Assembly: GCA_965221955.1 (NCBI GenBank)
Contig: CBDCTA010000029.1
Coordinates: forward strand, 224,001 to 288,000
DNA from: Gammaproteobacteria bacterium
Lineage (GTDB): Bacteria; Pseudomonadota; Gammaproteobacteria; UBA4575
Reading direction: 5' to 3'
DNA length: 64,000 nt
In this document: positions 11,001 to 23,234 of the stretch, in pieces
Layout: each line of letters begins with the position of its first letter
Position numbering within the stretch: the first letter of the stretch is position 1
Translations under genes and position numbers: made by a program
The notes under the pieces: generated by a model
The model's input: only the letters and a program-made list of their open reading frames with translations
Told to the model about the DNA's origin: nothing
Databases searched by the model: none

Positions 11001-12622
11001 ACGAGTTCTTCACGAATTCCATCTAGAGGAGGATTGGTTACTTGCGCAAACAACTGTTTAAAATAATCGTATAACAAACGCGAACGATTGGATAATACAG
11101 CTAAGGCGGTATCAGTACCCATGGAGCCGGTTGGTTCTAAACCATTTGCAGCCATCGGAGCCATCAGCACACGTAAATCTTCATGTGTGTAACCAAAAGC
11201 CTGTTGTCGTTGTAATAAAGATTCACTATCACCTACATTGACTTGCTTTGCCGCTGGTAATTCATTTATGTCGACTAAGTTTTCCTTTAACCAGTCAGCA
11301 TAGGGATGTTGTTCTACAAATTCTTTTTTGATTTCTTCGTCATCGATAATGCGTCCCTGTTTTGTATCGACCATAAAAATTCGTCCAGGGTGCAAACGAT
11401 CTTTGATCAATACATTTTCAGGTGGGATATCTAATACACCGACTTCTGATGCCATGATGACCATGTCGTCTTTCGTCACATAATAACGGGAAGGACGCAA
11501 ACCGTTACGGTCTAATACGGCGCCCATTACTTCGCCATCGGTAAAGGCGATAGATGCGGGACCATCCCAGGGTTCCATCAAACAAGCGTGGTATTCATAA
11601 AATGCTTTACGTGCTGCATCCATGGTTTCATGACCACTCCACGCTTCTGGAATCATCATGAGTACAGCATGAGCAAGTGGACGGCCACTCATATGTAAAA
11701 ATTCCATAACATTATCGAACGTGGCCGAGTCGCTACCACCATCTTGAACAATCGGGAAAAGTTTTGCTAAGTCGTCACCAAATAATTCTGATTTGCATAA
11801 TGATTCTCTTGCATGCATCCAATTAGCATTTCCACGTACGGTGTTGATTTCACCGTTGTGTGCAACATAACGAAATGGATGAGCAAGTTCCCAAGCAGGG
11901 AAGGTATTGGTTGAAAAACGTTGGTGCACTAATGCCATTGCAGATTCAAAATCTTCCGCAGACACATCCGGAAACATAGGTTCAAATTGTGAACCAGTGA
12001 GCATGCCTTTATACACACAAGTGCGATAGGAAAGAGACGGAATATAAAAATGTTCTCTTTCGGTTAAATGGTAATCATTAAATATTTGATGTTCAATACG
12101 TTTACGAATGACATAAAGTTTACGCTCAAATGCTGCTTCATCTTTTAAGTTAGCGCTGCGTGCAATAAAAATTTGTTTAAAGGTAGGCTCACCTTCTTTA
12201 GCCATAGAGCCTAAAGAGGAAGAATCAATCGGCACATCGCGCCAACCTAAAATTTGTTGTCCTTCTTCGCTGACAATTCTATTTAGTTCATCAATACAGT
12301 GTTTTTGTTGAGTTGCGTCATTCGGTAGGAAAATCATACCTGCACCGTAATACCCATACTCAGGTAACTCGATACCAATTTCCTTGCACACGCGTAAAAA
12401 GAATTTGTGTGGTAATTGCGTAAGCATCCCCACGCCATCACCAGTATTTTCGTCACAGCCACAAGCTCCCCTGTGGATGAGATTTTTAAGAATGGTGAGT
12501 GCATTCTCAACAGTCTTATGGGATTTACGGCCTTTTATATCCACCACAAAACCGACACCACAGGCATCATGTTCATAGGCAGGGTCATATAGCCCTCTAT
12601 TGGGCTGATTGGTGATTCTCAT
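8060..12622 (-). CDS. gltB: Glutamate synthase large subunit
   Basis: [55 protein letters not shown]. Confidence 0.98.
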   Translation of the reverse strand: MRITNQPNRGLYDPAYEHDACGVGFVVDIKGRKSHKTVENALTILKNLIHRGACGCDENTGDGVGMLTQLPHKFFLRVCKEIGIELPEYGYYGAGMIFLPNDATQQKHCIDELNRIVSEEGQQILGWRDVPIDSSSLGSMAKEGEPTFKQIFIARSANLKDEAAFERKLYVIRKRIEHQIFNDYHLTEREHFYIPSLSYRTCVYKGMLTGSQFEPMFPDVSAEDFESAMALVHQRFSTNTFPAWELAHPFRYVAHNGEINTVRGNANWMHARESLCKSELFGDDLAKLFPIVQDGGSDSATFDNVMEFLHMSGRPLAHAVLMMIPEAWSGHETMDAARKAFYEYHACLMEPWDGPASIAFTDGEVMGAVLDRNGLRPSRYYVTKDDMVIMASEVGVLDIPPENVLIKDRLHPGRIFMVDTKQGRIIDDEEIKKEFVEQHPYADWLKENLVDINELPAAKQVNVGDSESLLQRQQAFGYTHEDLRVLMAPMAANGLEPTGSMGTDTALAVLSNRSRLLYDYFKQLFAQVTNPPLDGIREELVTQVATTVGPEQNLLEPTAQSCRQIKIPSPVLSDEELARIREINQPALKTKTVDILYPVAEGGTGLDQALKNVCTEVDAAIADGFTNIILSDRGISQEKAAMPALLATAGVHHHLIRTGTRTQVGLILESGEPREVHHFAVLIGYGASAINPYLAFESLKDMIGKGHLPEMPHEKAVQNFTKAVNKGLIKTMAKMGISTVQSYRGAQVFEAIGLNKEFVDQYFTWTASRIGGIGLEEVAKEMSIRHHNAFPDRPAKRPDLDWGGEYQWRRDGEYHLFNPETVYKLQHSTRSGQFNIFKEYTDKVNNQSEHLATLRGLFNFKYANNPIPLEEVEPIENIMKRFSTGAMSYGSISKQAHETLAIAMNRIGGKSNTGEGGEDPDRYTPDENGDLRRSSIKQVASGRFGVTSEYLVNSDDIQIKMAQGAKPGEGGQLPGTKVYPWIAKVRGSTPGVGLISPPPHHDIYSIEDLAQLIHDLKNSNPDARIHVKLVAEVGVGTVAAGVAKAHSDVVLISGYDGGTGASPMSSLKHAGLPWELGLAETQQVLMMNGLRDRIVVQTDGQLKTGRDVVVAALLGAEEFGFSTAPLVVMGCIMMRVCHLNTCPVGVATQNPELTKKFSGQPEFVENFFKFVAEEVREYMAQLGFRTLDEMIGHVDRLDVNAAVDHWKARGLDFSNILREPENPMNNDFYCTNDQDHGLDQSLDVTQLVPACRDAIDNKSPVEVSLEVKNINRTVGTILGHHITKKHGAEGLPEDTIRAHFKGSAGMSFGAFVPKGVTLTLEGDANDYLGKGLSGGKIIVYPDQAATFIPEENIIVGNVLLYGATSGETYIRGIAGERFCVRNSGVHTVVEGVGDHCCEYMTGGRVVVIGPTGRNFAAGMSGGEAYVLANRNEFEILCNQDMVDLDELDDEDKQIVKDMLNKHVSYTNSTVAENILSNWSEYQTKFIKVMPKDYKRVLTAMKRAKAEGTSVDEAVMEAAHG

Positions 12623-13002
12623 CTCGACTCAAAAAATTGGTATGTTTTATTCTTATATATGGTAGTTGTTTTGCGCGTAAATCTATCTACTACAAAAGAG
12701 TAATTTTCAAACGAAATTATGTGCAATTCTTGTGCTATAGCCTTTAATAATCAGCTCCTTAGCTCGTCTTCTATATATAAACGGCCGCGAATTATAGAGG
12801 AGTCTTTGCGATTCCTCTAATAACCTTATTTTTAATAATGTTTAAGAAGTCCCCTACTCTTACAGGCAGGAGGATATTTGAAGCTGCAGGCTTATAAGTA
12901 GACAAAAAGCTTCTTAAAGCAGGTCAAGGCTTAGTTTTATCCCGCCTAATTTCTGCGTTGTTTAATGAGATAGGAATACACCTAGCTCAAAAAATGTATT
13001 GA

Positions 13003-13191
13003 TTAAGGATTTGAGATAATCAGTGCAGTAACAATCAAAGCAACTGCGGCAGCTTGTAATCCTATGCGTGCCCACATAAAGCGTTCGCTAAAAGATTTAT
13101 CCGTTTCACCACCTAGCCCCATCGATAGTAAACCTAAGCCCAAGGTTGCTAAGGTCGCGAGTAATGCCAATATTATTATTATGTTAAGCAT
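13003..13191 (-). CDS. HIG1-family twin-TM small protein
   Basis: Two TM helices, GLLSM...S.RFMWARIGLQ pattern, GGAGG SD. Confidence 0.8.
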   Translation of the reverse strand: MLNIIIILALLATLATLGLGLLSMGLGGETDKSFSERFMWARIGLQAAAVALIVTALIISNP

Positions 13192-13247
13192 TCCGTTCCT
13201 CCATATGACGGTATTTGTACTCGAATTATGCCATGACTTTTGTATAG

Positions 13248-13709
13248 CTAGTAAATGAAAGGAATAAACTGCTTGGTATTGTGTTGATAACTCGAATAGT
13301 TAGGAAACCTAATAAGTAAAAGCCTTTCTTCTACATTAGCTTTATTTATTACTGCACCAACAACCATCAAACTACCAACACTATTCATCCAATGGTAATT
13401 ATAAAGTGCGATGCCTATCATCATGATGATAAGGGCGACGTACATGGGGTGTCGAATATATTGGTACGGTCCTGTCGTGACCAGTTTCGCGTGTTGTTTG
13501 ATTTCTGGATAGACGCTGAAATTACCAATCTTGTTATAGCAAAGTGTCACAATACCCAATGTCGCACCTATCGCGCATAACAATAAAGAATATTTGCTAC
13601 CTAAGTTTTGTAAGCCAACAGGATAGCAACTTAGTGTAATCCCACTAAATTGCAAAATTACGAGCAAGTGGTTTGTAAAAGTGTGTTGACGTAAAAAACG
13701 AGTCAACAT
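13248..13709 (-). CDS. Isoprenylcysteine carboxylmethyltransferase/PEMT family membrane protein
   Basis: LVTTGPYQYIRHPMY and EERLL...Y motifs. Confidence 0.9.
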   Translation of the reverse strand: MLTRFLRQHTFTNHLLVILQFSGITLSCYPVGLQNLGSKYSLLLCAIGATLGIVTLCYNKIGNFSVYPEIKQHAKLVTTGPYQYIRHPMYVALIIMMIGIALYNYHWMNSVGSLMVVGAVINKANVEERLLLIRFPNYSSYQHNTKQFIPFIY

Positions 13710-13723
13710 TTACTTAATTTAAA

Positions 13724-14554
13724 TTACTGAGTTTGAGAGTTTGTTATGGGAATGTTTTCAAAACTATCTGTAAATGTATTTTCTTGCATAGTTTCGAAAT
13801 CAAATAAACTGGTATCGAGTAAATGACTGCTTGTGATGTTTTGCATAGAACGGAAAATATTGCTCACACGGTCAGGAGATTGTTCATCCCATTCTGCTAG
13901 CATTTTTTTAATACGTTGGCGTTCTAAATTAGGCTGAGAACCACATAAATTACATGGAATGATGGGAAATTCCTTGCGTTTGGCATAGCGTTCAATCTCT
14001 CTTTCGCGACAATATACTAAAGGTCGAATGACTATATTGCGTTTATCGTCACTTACTAATTTAGGTGGCATGGTTTTCATACGTGAGCCATGAAACATAT
14101 TCATGAACATGGTTTCGACTAAATCATCCATGTGATGGCCTAAAGCAATTTTGTTTGCACTTATTGATTGTGCAGTGTTGTATAAAATTCCGCGTCGAAG
14201 TCGTGAGCAAAGTGAACAAGTGGTTTTTCCAGGTTCTATTTTTTCTTTTACAATATTATAAGTGTCTTTTTCAATGATTCGATACTCGACATTTAGCCCA
14301 TCAAGGTAATTAGGTAATACATGTTCAGGAAACCCAGGTTGTTTTTGGTCTAAATTTACTACAACTAATTCAAATTGAATCGGGGCAACAGTTTGTAAAC
14401 CCATTAACATGTCTAATAAGGTGTAAGAGTCTTTACCACCAGACAGGCAGACCATTAAGCGATCCCCATCTTCGATCATATGGTAATCGCTAATCGCTTT
14501 ACCTGTTTGTCTTCTAAGAAGCTTTTGTAGTTTGATGAATCTTTGTGATGACAT
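13724..14554 (-). CDS. ttcA: tRNA 2-thiocytidine(32) synthetase
   Basis: SGGKDSY PP-loop, [28 protein letters not shown]; start moved to MSSQRF to remove the overlap with the rhomboid gene. Confidence 0.95.
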   Translation of the reverse strand: MSSQRFIKLQKLLRRQTGKAISDYHMIEDGDRLMVCLSGGKDSYTLLDMLMGLQTVAPIQFELVVVNLDQKQPGFPEHVLPNYLDGLNVEYRIIEKDTYNIVKEKIEPGKTTCSLCSRLRRGILYNTAQSISANKIALGHHMDDLVETMFMNMFHGSRMKTMPPKLVSDDKRNIVIRPLVYCREREIERYAKRKEFPIIPCNLCGSQPNLERQRIKKMLAEWDEQSPDRVSNIFRSMQNITSSHLLDTSLFDFETMQENTFTDSFENIPITNSQTQ

Positions 14555-14582
14555 GGGTCGTATTGTAGCGGAATAGGGTAGA

Positions 14583-15269
14583 TTATTTACTGTCCGTATC
14601 AGAATGATCGTTGTTCCAAAAATCATCCTGTGAAGAATCATCATTTTCTTCGTTTTCCCATGAATAGCGCTTTATCGTTGGTGCAGGATCACGGTTACGA
14701 AATACTACCGCGCAGACTATCCCAAAGCCGGCACCCCATAAATGTGTTTCATAGGACACGCCAGGCTGGTGCGGAAATACTCCCCAAATCATCGTGCCAT
14801 ATAAGAAAAATACTAATAGTGAGAGCGTGATGGCTAAGCGATCACGGCGTAAAATTCCGATTACGAAGATAAAAGCCATGGCACCATAGGTAAGTCCACT
14901 GGCGCCAAAATGATAAACGGGGCGTGCAGAAAACCATACTCCAAGTTCTGCAAGTACCCACACAACACCAAGTACTATCCAGCAAGAGCGCGGATAGCCG
15001 TAAAGCAGTGCCGTGCCTAGAATGAGAATTGCAGGTGTATTGGAAACCAAATGTACAAACGAACCATGTATTAAAGGAGCAGTTAAAACACCAATTAATC
15101 CGGATAGTTCTTGAGGGTGAACACCTAGCTTGAAAAGATTTAGATTAAATAAGAACTTTGTTAATTCGATGCCCCATAGTAACAATGTAAAGTAGAAAAC
15201 AATTAAAAACGCTTTTTTTAGCTTTATTACATCTTGCGGAGATGATTGCGTAGAAGGGATGCTAAGCAT
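14583..15269 (-). CDS. Rhomboid family intramembrane serine protease
   Basis: [14 protein letters not shown] catalytic Ser, SYETHLWG catalytic His. Confidence 0.9.
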   Translation of the reverse strand: MLSIPSTQSSPQDVIKLKKAFLIVFYFTLLLWGIELTKFLFNLNLFKLGVHPQELSGLIGVLTAPLIHGSFVHLVSNTPAILILGTALLYGYPRSCWIVLGVVWVLAELGVWFSARPVYHFGASGLTYGAMAFIFVIGILRRDRLAITLSLLVFFLYGTMIWGVFPHQPGVSYETHLWGAGFGIVCAVVFRNRDPAPTIKRYSWENEENDDSSQDDFWNNDHSDTDSK

Positions 15270-15274
15270 AGTAC

Positions 15275-15553
15275 TTATACGCTTAAAGTAATTCTAGATT
15301 TGATGACTTCGCGTTGTAGTGGATATTGATTTTTTATTGAGTCCTCCGTGTATTCGCCGCATATGTGAATGAATGTTCTACAATGCTTAAATTTATCGGT
15401 CCAGGTTAGATTTTTGCACACAAGTGATGTGCAAAGTTCTTGTTTAGCATGGTTTTCGGCTCTCTCTGTCTGCGTTGAGTAAGAGCAAATGACAAAGATG
15501 ATAAAAAATGGGGTAATGAACCAATTTAAATGACTAGTTTTGCTCGACGACAT
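15275..15553 (-). CDS. Hypothetical Cys-containing small protein
   Basis: 92-aa ORF that fills the gap co-directionally with the rhomboid gene; hydrophobic N-terminus; no recognisable family. Confidence 0.4.
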   Translation of the reverse strand: MSSSKTSHLNWFITPFFIIFVICSYSTQTERAENHAKQELCTSLVCKNLTWTDKFKHCRTFIHICGEYTEDSIKNQYPLQREVIKSRITLSV

Positions 15554-15619
15554 GCTAGGAAATCCCTATAGTACGCATCTTTTGAAAATGAATATCCATA
15601 ATAGTTCAGGACGAGTACA

Positions 15620-17230
15620 TTGATTTCAACCGCAAACATTACAATGCAGTTTGGCGCAAAGCCATTATTCGAGAATATATCTGCCAAATTCGGTGACGGT
15701 AATCGTTATGGCTTAATTGGTGCAAATGGTTGTGGAAAGTCTACCTTCATGAAGATTTTAGATGGTAGTCAAATTCCTAGCTCGGGTAATGTATCGATCA
15801 CTCCAAATGAACGATTGGGAAAATTAAACCAAGATCAGTTTGCGTTCGAAGAGTTTAGTGTAATAGATACTGTGATCATGGGGCACGCGCAATTATGGGA
15901 AATTAAACAAGAACGTGAGCGTATATATTCAATGCCAGAAATGTCTGAAGAAGATGGCATGAAAGTAGCTGAGTTGGAAATTCAGTTTGCCGAGTTAGAT
16001 GGTTATAGCGCAGAAAGTCGTGCCGGTGAGTTGTTGCTGAGTGTAGGGATAGAAGAGAAATTTCATAATGGTCCTATGAGCGAGGTGGCGCCGGGTTGGA
16101 AGTTGCGTGTTTTATTAGTGCAAGCTCTATTTTCAGATCCGGATATTTTATTACTCGATGAACCTACTAATAACTTAGATATTAATACGATCCGTTGGTT
16201 GGAAACGGTTTTAAATGAACGTAAAAGTACGATGATTATCGTCTCCCATGATCGACATTTTCTAAATGCTGTCTGCACACATATGGCAGATATGGATTAC
16301 GGTGAATTACGTATCTATCCAGGCAACTATGATGATTTCATGATCGCTTCGACTCAGGCACGAGAGCGGTTACAAGCAGAAAATGCCAAAAAGAAAGCAC
16401 AAATTGCAGATTTGCAACAGTTTGTGAGTCGCTTTTCAGCAAATGCTTCGAAAGCACGACAGGCGACTTCACGTGCTAAGCAAATAGAAAAAATTAAACT
16501 TGAAGATATAAAACCTTCAAGTCGACGTAGTCCTTTCATTCGCTTTAATCAAGAAAAGAAACTTCATCGCCAAGCGCTCACTATAGAAGGATTAAGTCAT
16601 GGTTTTGATGGTGAAACACTTTTCAGTAATGGTGAAATGATTATTGAAGCGGGTACGCGTTTAGCAGTAATTGGAGAAAACGGTGTAGGGAAAAGTACTT
16701 TTCTACGTTGTTTGATGAATGAGTTAGAGCCGAATGCAGGCATGGTTAAATGGTCAGAGAATGCAAGTTTGGGTTACTGTCCTCAGGATACGAGTACAGA
16801 GTTTAACAGTGATCTTAATTTATTTGACTGGATGGCTCAGTGGCGTAAACCCACTCACGATGATGAAGCAGTACGTGCAACGCTGGGGAGGTTGCTATTT
16901 TCATCCGATGATTTTAAGAAGCAAGTGAAAGTATGTTCTGGTGGCGAAAAAAATCGTCTGCTGTTTGGCAAGCTGATGTTGTCTGAAACTAATATTTTAT
17001 TAATGGATGAGCCGACCAATCATCTAGATATGGAAAGCATTGAATCTTTAAACTTAGCGCTTGAGCATTATGAAGGCACGCTGATATTTGTAAGCCACGA
17101 CCGTGAGTTTGTTTCTTCTTTAGCGAATTGCATCGTTGAGATTCAAGATCAGCAGATGCATTTGTTTCGTGGTAATTACGAAGAACACCTGGCGAATCAA
17201 ATGCAAGAAGAACAAGTAGTAAATAGTTAA
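15620..17230 (+). CDS. ybiT: ABC-F family ATPase (YbiT-like)
   Basis: [20 protein letters not shown] start, two Walker A motifs ([18 protein letters not shown]), two DEPTN motifs, no TM segments. Confidence 0.9.
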   Translation: MISTANITMQFGAKPLFENISAKFGDGNRYGLIGANGCGKSTFMKILDGSQIPSSGNVSITPNERLGKLNQDQFAFEEFSVIDTVIMGHAQLWEIKQERERIYSMPEMSEEDGMKVAELEIQFAELDGYSAESRAGELLLSVGIEEKFHNGPMSEVAPGWKLRVLLVQALFSDPDILLLDEPTNNLDINTIRWLETVLNERKSTMIIVSHDRHFLNAVCTHMADMDYGELRIYPGNYDDFMIASTQARERLQAENAKKKAQIADLQQFVSRFSANASKARQATSRAKQIEKIKLEDIKPSSRRSPFIRFNQEKKLHRQALTIEGLSHGFDGETLFSNGEMIIEAGTRLAVIGENGVGKSTFLRCLMNELEPNAGMVKWSENASLGYCPQDTSTEFNSDLNLFDWMAQWRKPTHDDEAVRATLGRLLFSSDDFKKQVKVCSGGEKNRLLFGKLMLSETNILLMDEPTNHLDMESIESLNLALEHYEGTLIFVSHDREFVSSLANCIVEIQDQQMHLFRGNYEEHLANQMQEEQVVNS

Positions 17231-19114
17231 TTACTGATTTACGTGAAACTCTTTATGCAGTCTTCGTGCTTGCATTGGCCACTTGTCGCGTTTTACTCGG
17301 CCTCTATAGGTTTTAAGTTTACTGTCCACTAGTTCAATATCTTCAGCAGTAAATTCAGCAATCTGCTCATAATGATAGATGCCTAAACGATGAAGTTTTC
17401 GCTCAAGTTTAGGTCCAACACCATTTATCAGTTGTAAATCATCCAATTCACCAGACGGACGTTTCATACCTAAAGGTTTCATGCGTCTCTTGCGAGGAGC
17501 ACTTTTGCGTGCAGGTTTCTTGCGTGTGTAGATTCCACCACGTATTAAAATTTTTGCCTGTTTAATCCATTCATCTCGGTCGATTCTACCTTTGAAGTTA
17601 AGCATACTATCTACAGCGGAGACATCTTTGCGTGTAAACCCTGCAATTTGTTCGAAGTAATAAATGCCACATTTATGTAAAGTCTTCTCAAGTGTAACAC
17701 CTATTCCAGAAATCAATTTTAAGTCATCAGGTTTACGTGTAGGTTTTTTAAGCCCATAAGATTTAATTTTTCGCTTGTTTGAACTTTTCGATTTGCCATT
17801 TAAGTCACTCGATTTAGCAATAAGCTTTGGTTTTGTAGCTCCATTTGTTTTAGCACTGCCATTATTACCGTTACCATTAAATTTCCCATTGCCATTGATG
17901 TGTACAATATTATTCGTCGCACGCTTATTATGGTCGTTGCCATTGGAAGTTCCGTTTCCATTGCTATTTAACCCTGCAGAGCGATTCGCAGGTTTCAAGA
18001 TCGCTTGTTGGGCCTCTTTAATAAAGTTTTCTAGCTCACGAATATGAGCATCACGCGCCGAGATAGTATTTCTTAGAGCAGGAATTTTTTGCTGTAAAGT
18101 ATTTATTTCTTGTGTTAGCTGGCTGATTTTTCCATCGCGTTTATCGAGATTGTCACGTAGCGGAGGAATTTCCTTAGACAATTTAGTTATTTCGGTTTCT
18201 AAAGCAGCAATACTCGCGTCACGTTTTTTGAGTGAGTTTTCTAATGTGGGGATTCGTAGTAAAGTTTGTTCTAACTTTTGTTGTAGGTTAGATACTTCCT
18301 CACTTTTAGCTTCAAATTTCTTACGTAAGCTATCTTGCTCTGCAAGATTGAGCTGAAGATCAGCAATTTTTTCATCTCGTTGAAGAATTTCCTTGTGATT
18401 AACTGTTTCGCTATTGCCCGCACCTAAGCTTGTTTGCGCAGCAAGTAATGCCTCGTTCTTTTCATTTAATTCGTTTTGCAAATTGGAAAGAGCAATGATT
18501 TGGTTTTCGAAATCATTATCTCGTTCGAGTAATTTTGCACGTACAAGATCTAACTCTTTGTTAAGAGAATCAATGCGTTTCTTAGTTACTTCATATTTAT
18601 TTTCTAAAGTAACGAGTACTTCTTGCTTGTTTTTCAGTTCTAAACCGTTTTGGTTATACCGCTTAGTTGCTTTGCCTAGTAATGATTTTAGTTGCTCAAC
18701 CTCGTCAGGTGTATCATGTAAGGTTTTTAATTCCTTATTACGTTCCTCAAGTTCTTTGCTGGTAATATGGAAACGAGCCGTTGTTTGACCTAATTGATTT
18801 TTTAGTTGTTCAACTTCTTTGCTGGTCTCTTGTGTTAAAGTTTTACAAGCATTGAGTTTGCTTAGTAAGTCATTTTTTGTGTTATTGAGTTCACTAATTC
18901 GTGTTGACTTATTATTTAATTCTACTTCAAGCGTATTAAAGTCTTGAGTTACCGATTGGAAATCATCGTTTAATTCTGAGTAGCGTCGTTGCCAATCAAT
19001 TTCTAATGCTTGAACTTTATTTTTCATACGTCCCCAAAAAAACCAACCTATCAACAGGCCAAACAAAAAAGTAGCAGTAAGGGAAAATACGAGGTTGGAA
19101 ATTAAATAAGACAT
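17231..19114 (-). CDS. Membrane-anchored long coiled-coil protein with two C-terminal helix-hairpin-helix (COG3743-like) domains
   Basis: N-terminal TM, ~340-aa heptad region, Asn/Gly linker, DDLKLISGIG and DDLQLINGVGP repeats each followed by GIY..EQIA and GR..RD.W..QA. Confidence 0.8.
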   Translation of the reverse strand: MSYLISNLVFSLTATFLFGLLIGWFFWGRMKNKVQALEIDWQRRYSELNDDFQSVTQDFNTLEVELNNKSTRISELNNTKNDLLSKLNACKTLTQETSKEVEQLKNQLGQTTARFHITSKELEERNKELKTLHDTPDEVEQLKSLLGKATKRYNQNGLELKNKQEVLVTLENKYEVTKKRIDSLNKELDLVRAKLLERDNDFENQIIALSNLQNELNEKNEALLAAQTSLGAGNSETVNHKEILQRDEKIADLQLNLAEQDSLRKKFEAKSEEVSNLQQKLEQTLLRIPTLENSLKKRDASIAALETEITKLSKEIPPLRDNLDKRDGKISQLTQEINTLQQKIPALRNTISARDAHIRELENFIKEAQQAILKPANRSAGLNSNGNGTSNGNDHNKRATNNIVHINGNGKFNGNGNNGSAKTNGATKPKLIAKSSDLNGKSKSSNKRKIKSYGLKKPTRKPDDLKLISGIGVTLEKTLHKCGIYYFEQIAGFTRKDVSAVDSMLNFKGRIDRDEWIKQAKILIRGGIYTRKKPARKSAPRKRRMKPLGMKRPSGELDDLQLINGVGPKLERKLHRLGIYHYEQIAEFTAEDIELVDSKLKTYRGRVKRDKWPMQARRLHKEFHVNQ

Positions 19115-19617
19115 TTTTATTAGGTACTCCAGCTAATATTTATTATTAGGTTTGGCGATTTGTTGTTCTGTTTGGGTTTGCCAATACAGCAACCAGGTAT
19201 GTGAGTATCATAACTATTGATTACGACAACTCTTAAAATAATTTTATTACATTCAACAAAATAGGGGTACTATTTTTTGACGCTGATACTATATGTTGTG
19301 CTTTTTAAAGGTTGAACGATTATTAGCTGATAGTGAGAAGTTGAAAAATGTCTTAAGAACACTATATAGAATATAGATAAAACTTAAAGTAAAAGATTAA
19401 TAAATGCTTGTAAGTCGTTTTATTTGATGTCACCCGCACACAAAGATTTATTTTGTAGGCACAAAAATCAGCCTTGTTGTTTACAATTTAAACAATATAA
19501 ATTCATATGTCGTCTTGTTGCTATATGACGTAATCACAGTCTATTGTAATTAAATACTCACGATTCCTGTCTTTAACAAGTCATACTCACGCTCTTTTCA
19601 TTCAAAATTAAAGCTAC

Positions 19618-20982
19618 ATGATGGAATATGCTCTCATTGCCGTAACCGGCGTAATCGCAATGTTATCTATTGTTTTGGCCCCCACTGCTAAAACCGTTAA
19701 TGCGTTTTTCTCTGGTGCATCGTCACAGGGTAAAGCGCCTAGTTTATTAACGTTAACGCTTTCACAAGTCACTACTTGGATATTTGCGCGTTCATTAATG
19801 AATGCTGCAATTTTGGGTTATTTCTATGGACTTTGGGGTACTTTGGCTTATGCGGTGTATTACCTATCTTTTTTAACCGGTGGAACTATCATCGACAAGC
19901 TACGTTTTGAACAAGGCTTTAATAGCATCCAAGAATTTTTACATGCTCGCTTTGGTAGTGCAGGTGTGACTTGTTACAACATCGTGATCATCATTCGTTT
20001 AATTAGTGAGGTGTTTGCCAACTTATTAGTTATAGGATTGTTGTTTGGTATAGCAGGATCAAACGCCTATGTACTATCTATTATCGTTTTTTCAGCAGTG
20101 ACGTTATTGTATTCCATGTTAGGCGGCTTACACGCCTCGTTAAAAACGGATGTAATGCAAATGAGCATATTTGTATTCGTGTTAGTGCTGTTGATGATGA
20201 GCATATTTAGTGGAGAACATTTTGCTTTAGCCGATTTAACTTTTAAGGAATTTCAATTTGATCAGCCTGGGCCGATTTTAATGTTAGTGGCTTTATTACA
20301 GATCTGGAGTTATCCCATGCACGACCCTGTGATGATGGACCGGGGTTTTTTAGCGGATCGCGAAACTACACGTAAAAGTTTTTACCATGCAGCGTGGATA
20401 AGTATTATTTGTATCGTTACTTTCGGTTGTATTGGGGTATGGGCAGGTGCACATGCGAATCAGGGAGATACGATGAATACGGTGTTGATGCGTTTATTAG
20501 GTGAATGGCCAATGCTGTTATTTAGCACCACATTAGTGATTTCTGCGATGTCAACATTAGATAGCACTTTATCGAGCTCTTCAAAGCTAATCGCTGTGGA
20601 TATGAAATTAGTTAGCGCCAAAGTTAACAACGGTCGTTTAATTATGTTGATGTTTATGCTGTTAGGACTATTGTGTGTGTTTTTTGGTAACCAAGATCTA
20701 TTCAGCGCTGTAGCAGTCAGTGGTACTGCATCTTTGTTTTTGGCCCCAGTAGTGTTCTTTTCGATTTTTGCTAAACAAAAGTATATTCCAACTTGGAGTT
20801 TTTTATTGACTTTTATAGTAGCTGTAGTGGGTGCCAGCGTTTACTTCCTAGAATCTTCAGGGTACACGCAGTTATTAGGAGAAATGCATAAATACACTAA
20901 ACTGTTGATCATTTCTCTTTCTATACTAATTGTTGGTTGTAGCGCTTTCTTTATAGGTAAAGTACTGCAGCAAAATAATTAA
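19618..20982 (+). CDS. Sodium:solute symporter family protein
   Basis: Highly hydrophobic; YSMLGGLHASLKTD and SAMSTLDSTL SSS motifs. Confidence 0.85.
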   Translation: MMEYALIAVTGVIAMLSIVLAPTAKTVNAFFSGASSQGKAPSLLTLTLSQVTTWIFARSLMNAAILGYFYGLWGTLAYAVYYLSFLTGGTIIDKLRFEQGFNSIQEFLHARFGSAGVTCYNIVIIIRLISEVFANLLVIGLLFGIAGSNAYVLSIIVFSAVTLLYSMLGGLHASLKTDVMQMSIFVFVLVLLMMSIFSGEHFALADLTFKEFQFDQPGPILMLVALLQIWSYPMHDPVMMDRGFLADRETTRKSFYHAAWISIICIVTFGCIGVWAGAHANQGDTMNTVLMRLLGEWPMLLFSTTLVISAMSTLDSTLSSSSKLIAVDMKLVSAKVNNGRLIMLMFMLLGLLCVFFGNQDLFSAVAVSGTASLFLAPVVFFSIFAKQKYIPTWSFLLTFIVAVVGASVYFLESSGYTQLLGEMHKYTKLLIISLSILIVGCSAFFIGKVLQQNN

Positions 20983-21002
20983 GCAAGCATTTAGCTAGCG
21001 CA

Positions 21003-21497
21003 ATGTCTGTGAAACCAAGCTTTCTTCTTCTATTTGTTTTTGTTTTCCTCCTAGGTCTAGTTTCATGTGAGGACTTCAGTTTTTCAGAATCTCACGAAGG
21101 CAAAGTGATAAAAGTACTCGATGGAGATTCATTCAATATTCTTCAACAAGGAAAGGAAGTGCGTATTCGATTAGCCGAAATTGATGCACCAGAGAACGGA
21201 CAAGCCATGTGGAAAAAATCTAAACAAGCGCTAGAGAAGCACGTTGCAGACAAGAAAGTTGTTGTCGAAGAATTTGACCGTGATCAATATGGACGAATCG
21301 TTGGACATGTTTACATTGACGATACTTGGGTAAATGGTGAACTTGTGCAACAAGGCTATGCTTATGTGTATACGCGATACGCAGTATCAAAAAAACTTTA
21401 TGAATATGAGTCGGAAGCAGAAAAAAATAGGCGTGGTGTATGGAAGTTACCCAAGCATGAACAAATCAAACCCTGGGAATGGCGGAAAAGAAATTAA
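21003..21497 (+). CDS. Thermonuclease (SNase) family lipoprotein
   Basis: Lipobox LVSC; VLDGDS, RIRLAEIDAPE, DQYGRIV, PWEWR. Confidence 0.92.
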   Translation: MSVKPSFLLLFVFVFLLGLVSCEDFSFSESHEGKVIKVLDGDSFNILQQGKEVRIRLAEIDAPENGQAMWKKSKQALEKHVADKKVVVEEFDRDQYGRIVGHVYIDDTWVNGELVQQGYAYVYTRYAVSKKLYEYESEAEKNRRGVWKLPKHEQIKPWEWRKRN

Positions 21498-21534
21498 CTC
21501 GTGTTAGCTGCTCACTTCTATATTTTTAAATTTT

Positions 21535-21783
21535 TTAAAAAACTAACATGAATAAAAAAAATAAAAAGGCCACTGCATAAATACCCATAAAAACCCAATA
21601 ATCGGTTTCTTCAGTATTACGATGTTTTTTAACTGCCCAGTTTTGCATCTCGGTTACACTCGCTAGCAAGCCCTTCTCATAACCTTTAATCCACACTGCT
21701 TGTGTGAGCCAACCTTCAATGAGAAGAAACCCAGTGAATAAAAGCCCAAGAAAAAATATTAGAGTTTGTAGAAGAATTAACAT
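21535..21783 (-). CDS. Hypothetical two-TM small membrane protein
   Basis: 82-aa ORF with two hydrophobic helices. Confidence 0.6.
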   Translation of the reverse strand: MLILLQTLIFFLGLLFTGFLLIEGWLTQAVWIKGYEKGLLASVTEMQNWAVKKHRNTEETDYWVFMGIYAVAFLFFLFMLVF

Positions 21784-21910
21784 GAACTACTGTCACCGCC
21801 CGAAGCCAGGTAAAAACCCTTAATTAACGCTTCCCAGTTTAGAGCTTAGGGTAGTTGATCTATACCATTAGCATGCATCAGTAGTCGTGTTTACGCGATG
21901 GAATGGTAGA

Positions 21911-22264
21911 TTATTTTTCAGACCAAACCGCATATTCATTGCCATTTGGATCAGCGAAATGAAAGCGTTTACCACCGGGGAATGAAAATATTTCTTTAAT
22001 AATCGTGCCACCCGCTTTTTTAATTTTTTCTTGAGTTTGCTCTAATGCATGACTATAAAAAACGATGAGTGCACTGCCATTTTTTGTAACGCAGCTTAGA
22101 TCAGAGGTAAAAAAGCCACCCTCCAGACCCTGATTTTCAAAAGCCGTATAGTCGGGACCGTAATCTGTAAATTGCCATGCAAAGACTTCAGTAAAAAAAT
22201 TTTTAGCTATCTGAATATCTTTGGCAGGAAACTCTACATAATTAATTTTTTCATGATTCTTCAT
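21911..22264 (-). CDS. VOC/glyoxalase family protein
   Basis: INYVEFP, FTDYGPDY, FPGGKRFHFADPNGNE. Confidence 0.92.
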   Translation of the reverse strand: MKNHEKINYVEFPAKDIQIAKNFFTEVFAWQFTDYGPDYTAFENQGLEGGFFTSDLSCVTKNGSALIVFYSHALEQTQEKIKKAGGTIIKEIFSFPGGKRFHFADPNGNEYAVWSEK

Positions 22265-22402
22265 AAAGCCACTCTATATTAGCGCTTGCAACAAAATCGG
22301 TATGCGATTCTAGTTAATTGCCGCATTTATTTGTAATAAACTCAGGCAAACACCTGTCATTTATTAGTCAACCATACACCTAGATTAAAACAAGGGGCAA
22401 CC

Positions 22403-23155
22403 ATGACGAATTCATACGATATTAAAGGCAAAACCGCACTCGTAACGGGTGCTAATCGTGGCATTGGTAAAGTTATTGTAGAAACTTTTTTAGATAAAGG
22501 TAGTGTAAAAAAAGTTTATGCTGCGGTGAGAAATTTAGAATCTGCTGAGGAATTAGCGGACAGATATAATGAGCGTATTGAAGTGATTCAAATTGATTTA
22601 GAAAAGCCGGATACCATTCAACAGGCAGCCGAAAAAGCCACTGATGTGGACATTGTGGTTAACAATGCAGGTGTACTCAAAACATCTACACCCCTTGATG
22701 TAAATGCATTGGATACTATGTCATATGAAATGGATATGAATGTGTCTGGTTTGGTTCGTATGGCGCAAGCGTTTGCGCCAATATTAAAAGCCAATGGTGG
22801 CGGTGTATTAATTCAACTTAACTCTCTTGCATCAATGAAAAGTTTTCCACCCTTTGCAACTTATTGTGCGTCTAAAGCAGCTGCGTATTCAATTACTCAA
22901 GCTTTGCGTGATTTGTTAAAAGAACAAGGTACAACTGTAGTGAGTGTACATCCTGGACCAATTGCAACAGATATGGCTAATGATGCAGGTATCGGCGAAA
23001 TTGCTGAGCCTCCAAGTGTGGTCGCTGATAGTATTCTCGTTGCACTTGAGAAAGGCGAATTTCATGCTTTCCCTGATTCCATGGCCAAACAATTCGAAGG
23101 TGCTTACCAAGGTTTTGCAGAAAATATTGTGAATGCGAATCTGTTAGAAAGTTGA
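22403..23155 (+). CDS. Short-chain dehydrogenase/reductase
   Basis: [17 protein letters not shown]. Confidence 0.93.
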   Translation: MTNSYDIKGKTALVTGANRGIGKVIVETFLDKGSVKKVYAAVRNLESAEELADRYNERIEVIQIDLEKPDTIQQAAEKATDVDIVVNNAGVLKTSTPLDVNALDTMSYEMDMNVSGLVRMAQAFAPILKANGGGVLIQLNSLASMKSFPPFATYCASKAAAYSITQALRDLLKEQGTTVVSVHPGPIATDMANDAGIGEIAEPPSVVADSILVALEKGEFHAFPDSMAKQFEGAYQGFAENIVNANLLES

Positions 23156-23234
23156 ATTAGCAGGCTTAGTATTCAGATTTAGTGCTGTAATATATTTTAC
23201 GACGAGTAAAGTAAACGGGAATATTATTTTCCCA

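Noticed and set aside
12722-12737. Sigma-54-like motif upstream of gltB (minus strand TAGCACAAGAATTGCA)
   Set aside because: The invariant GG at -24 is AG; unsupported without transcription data.
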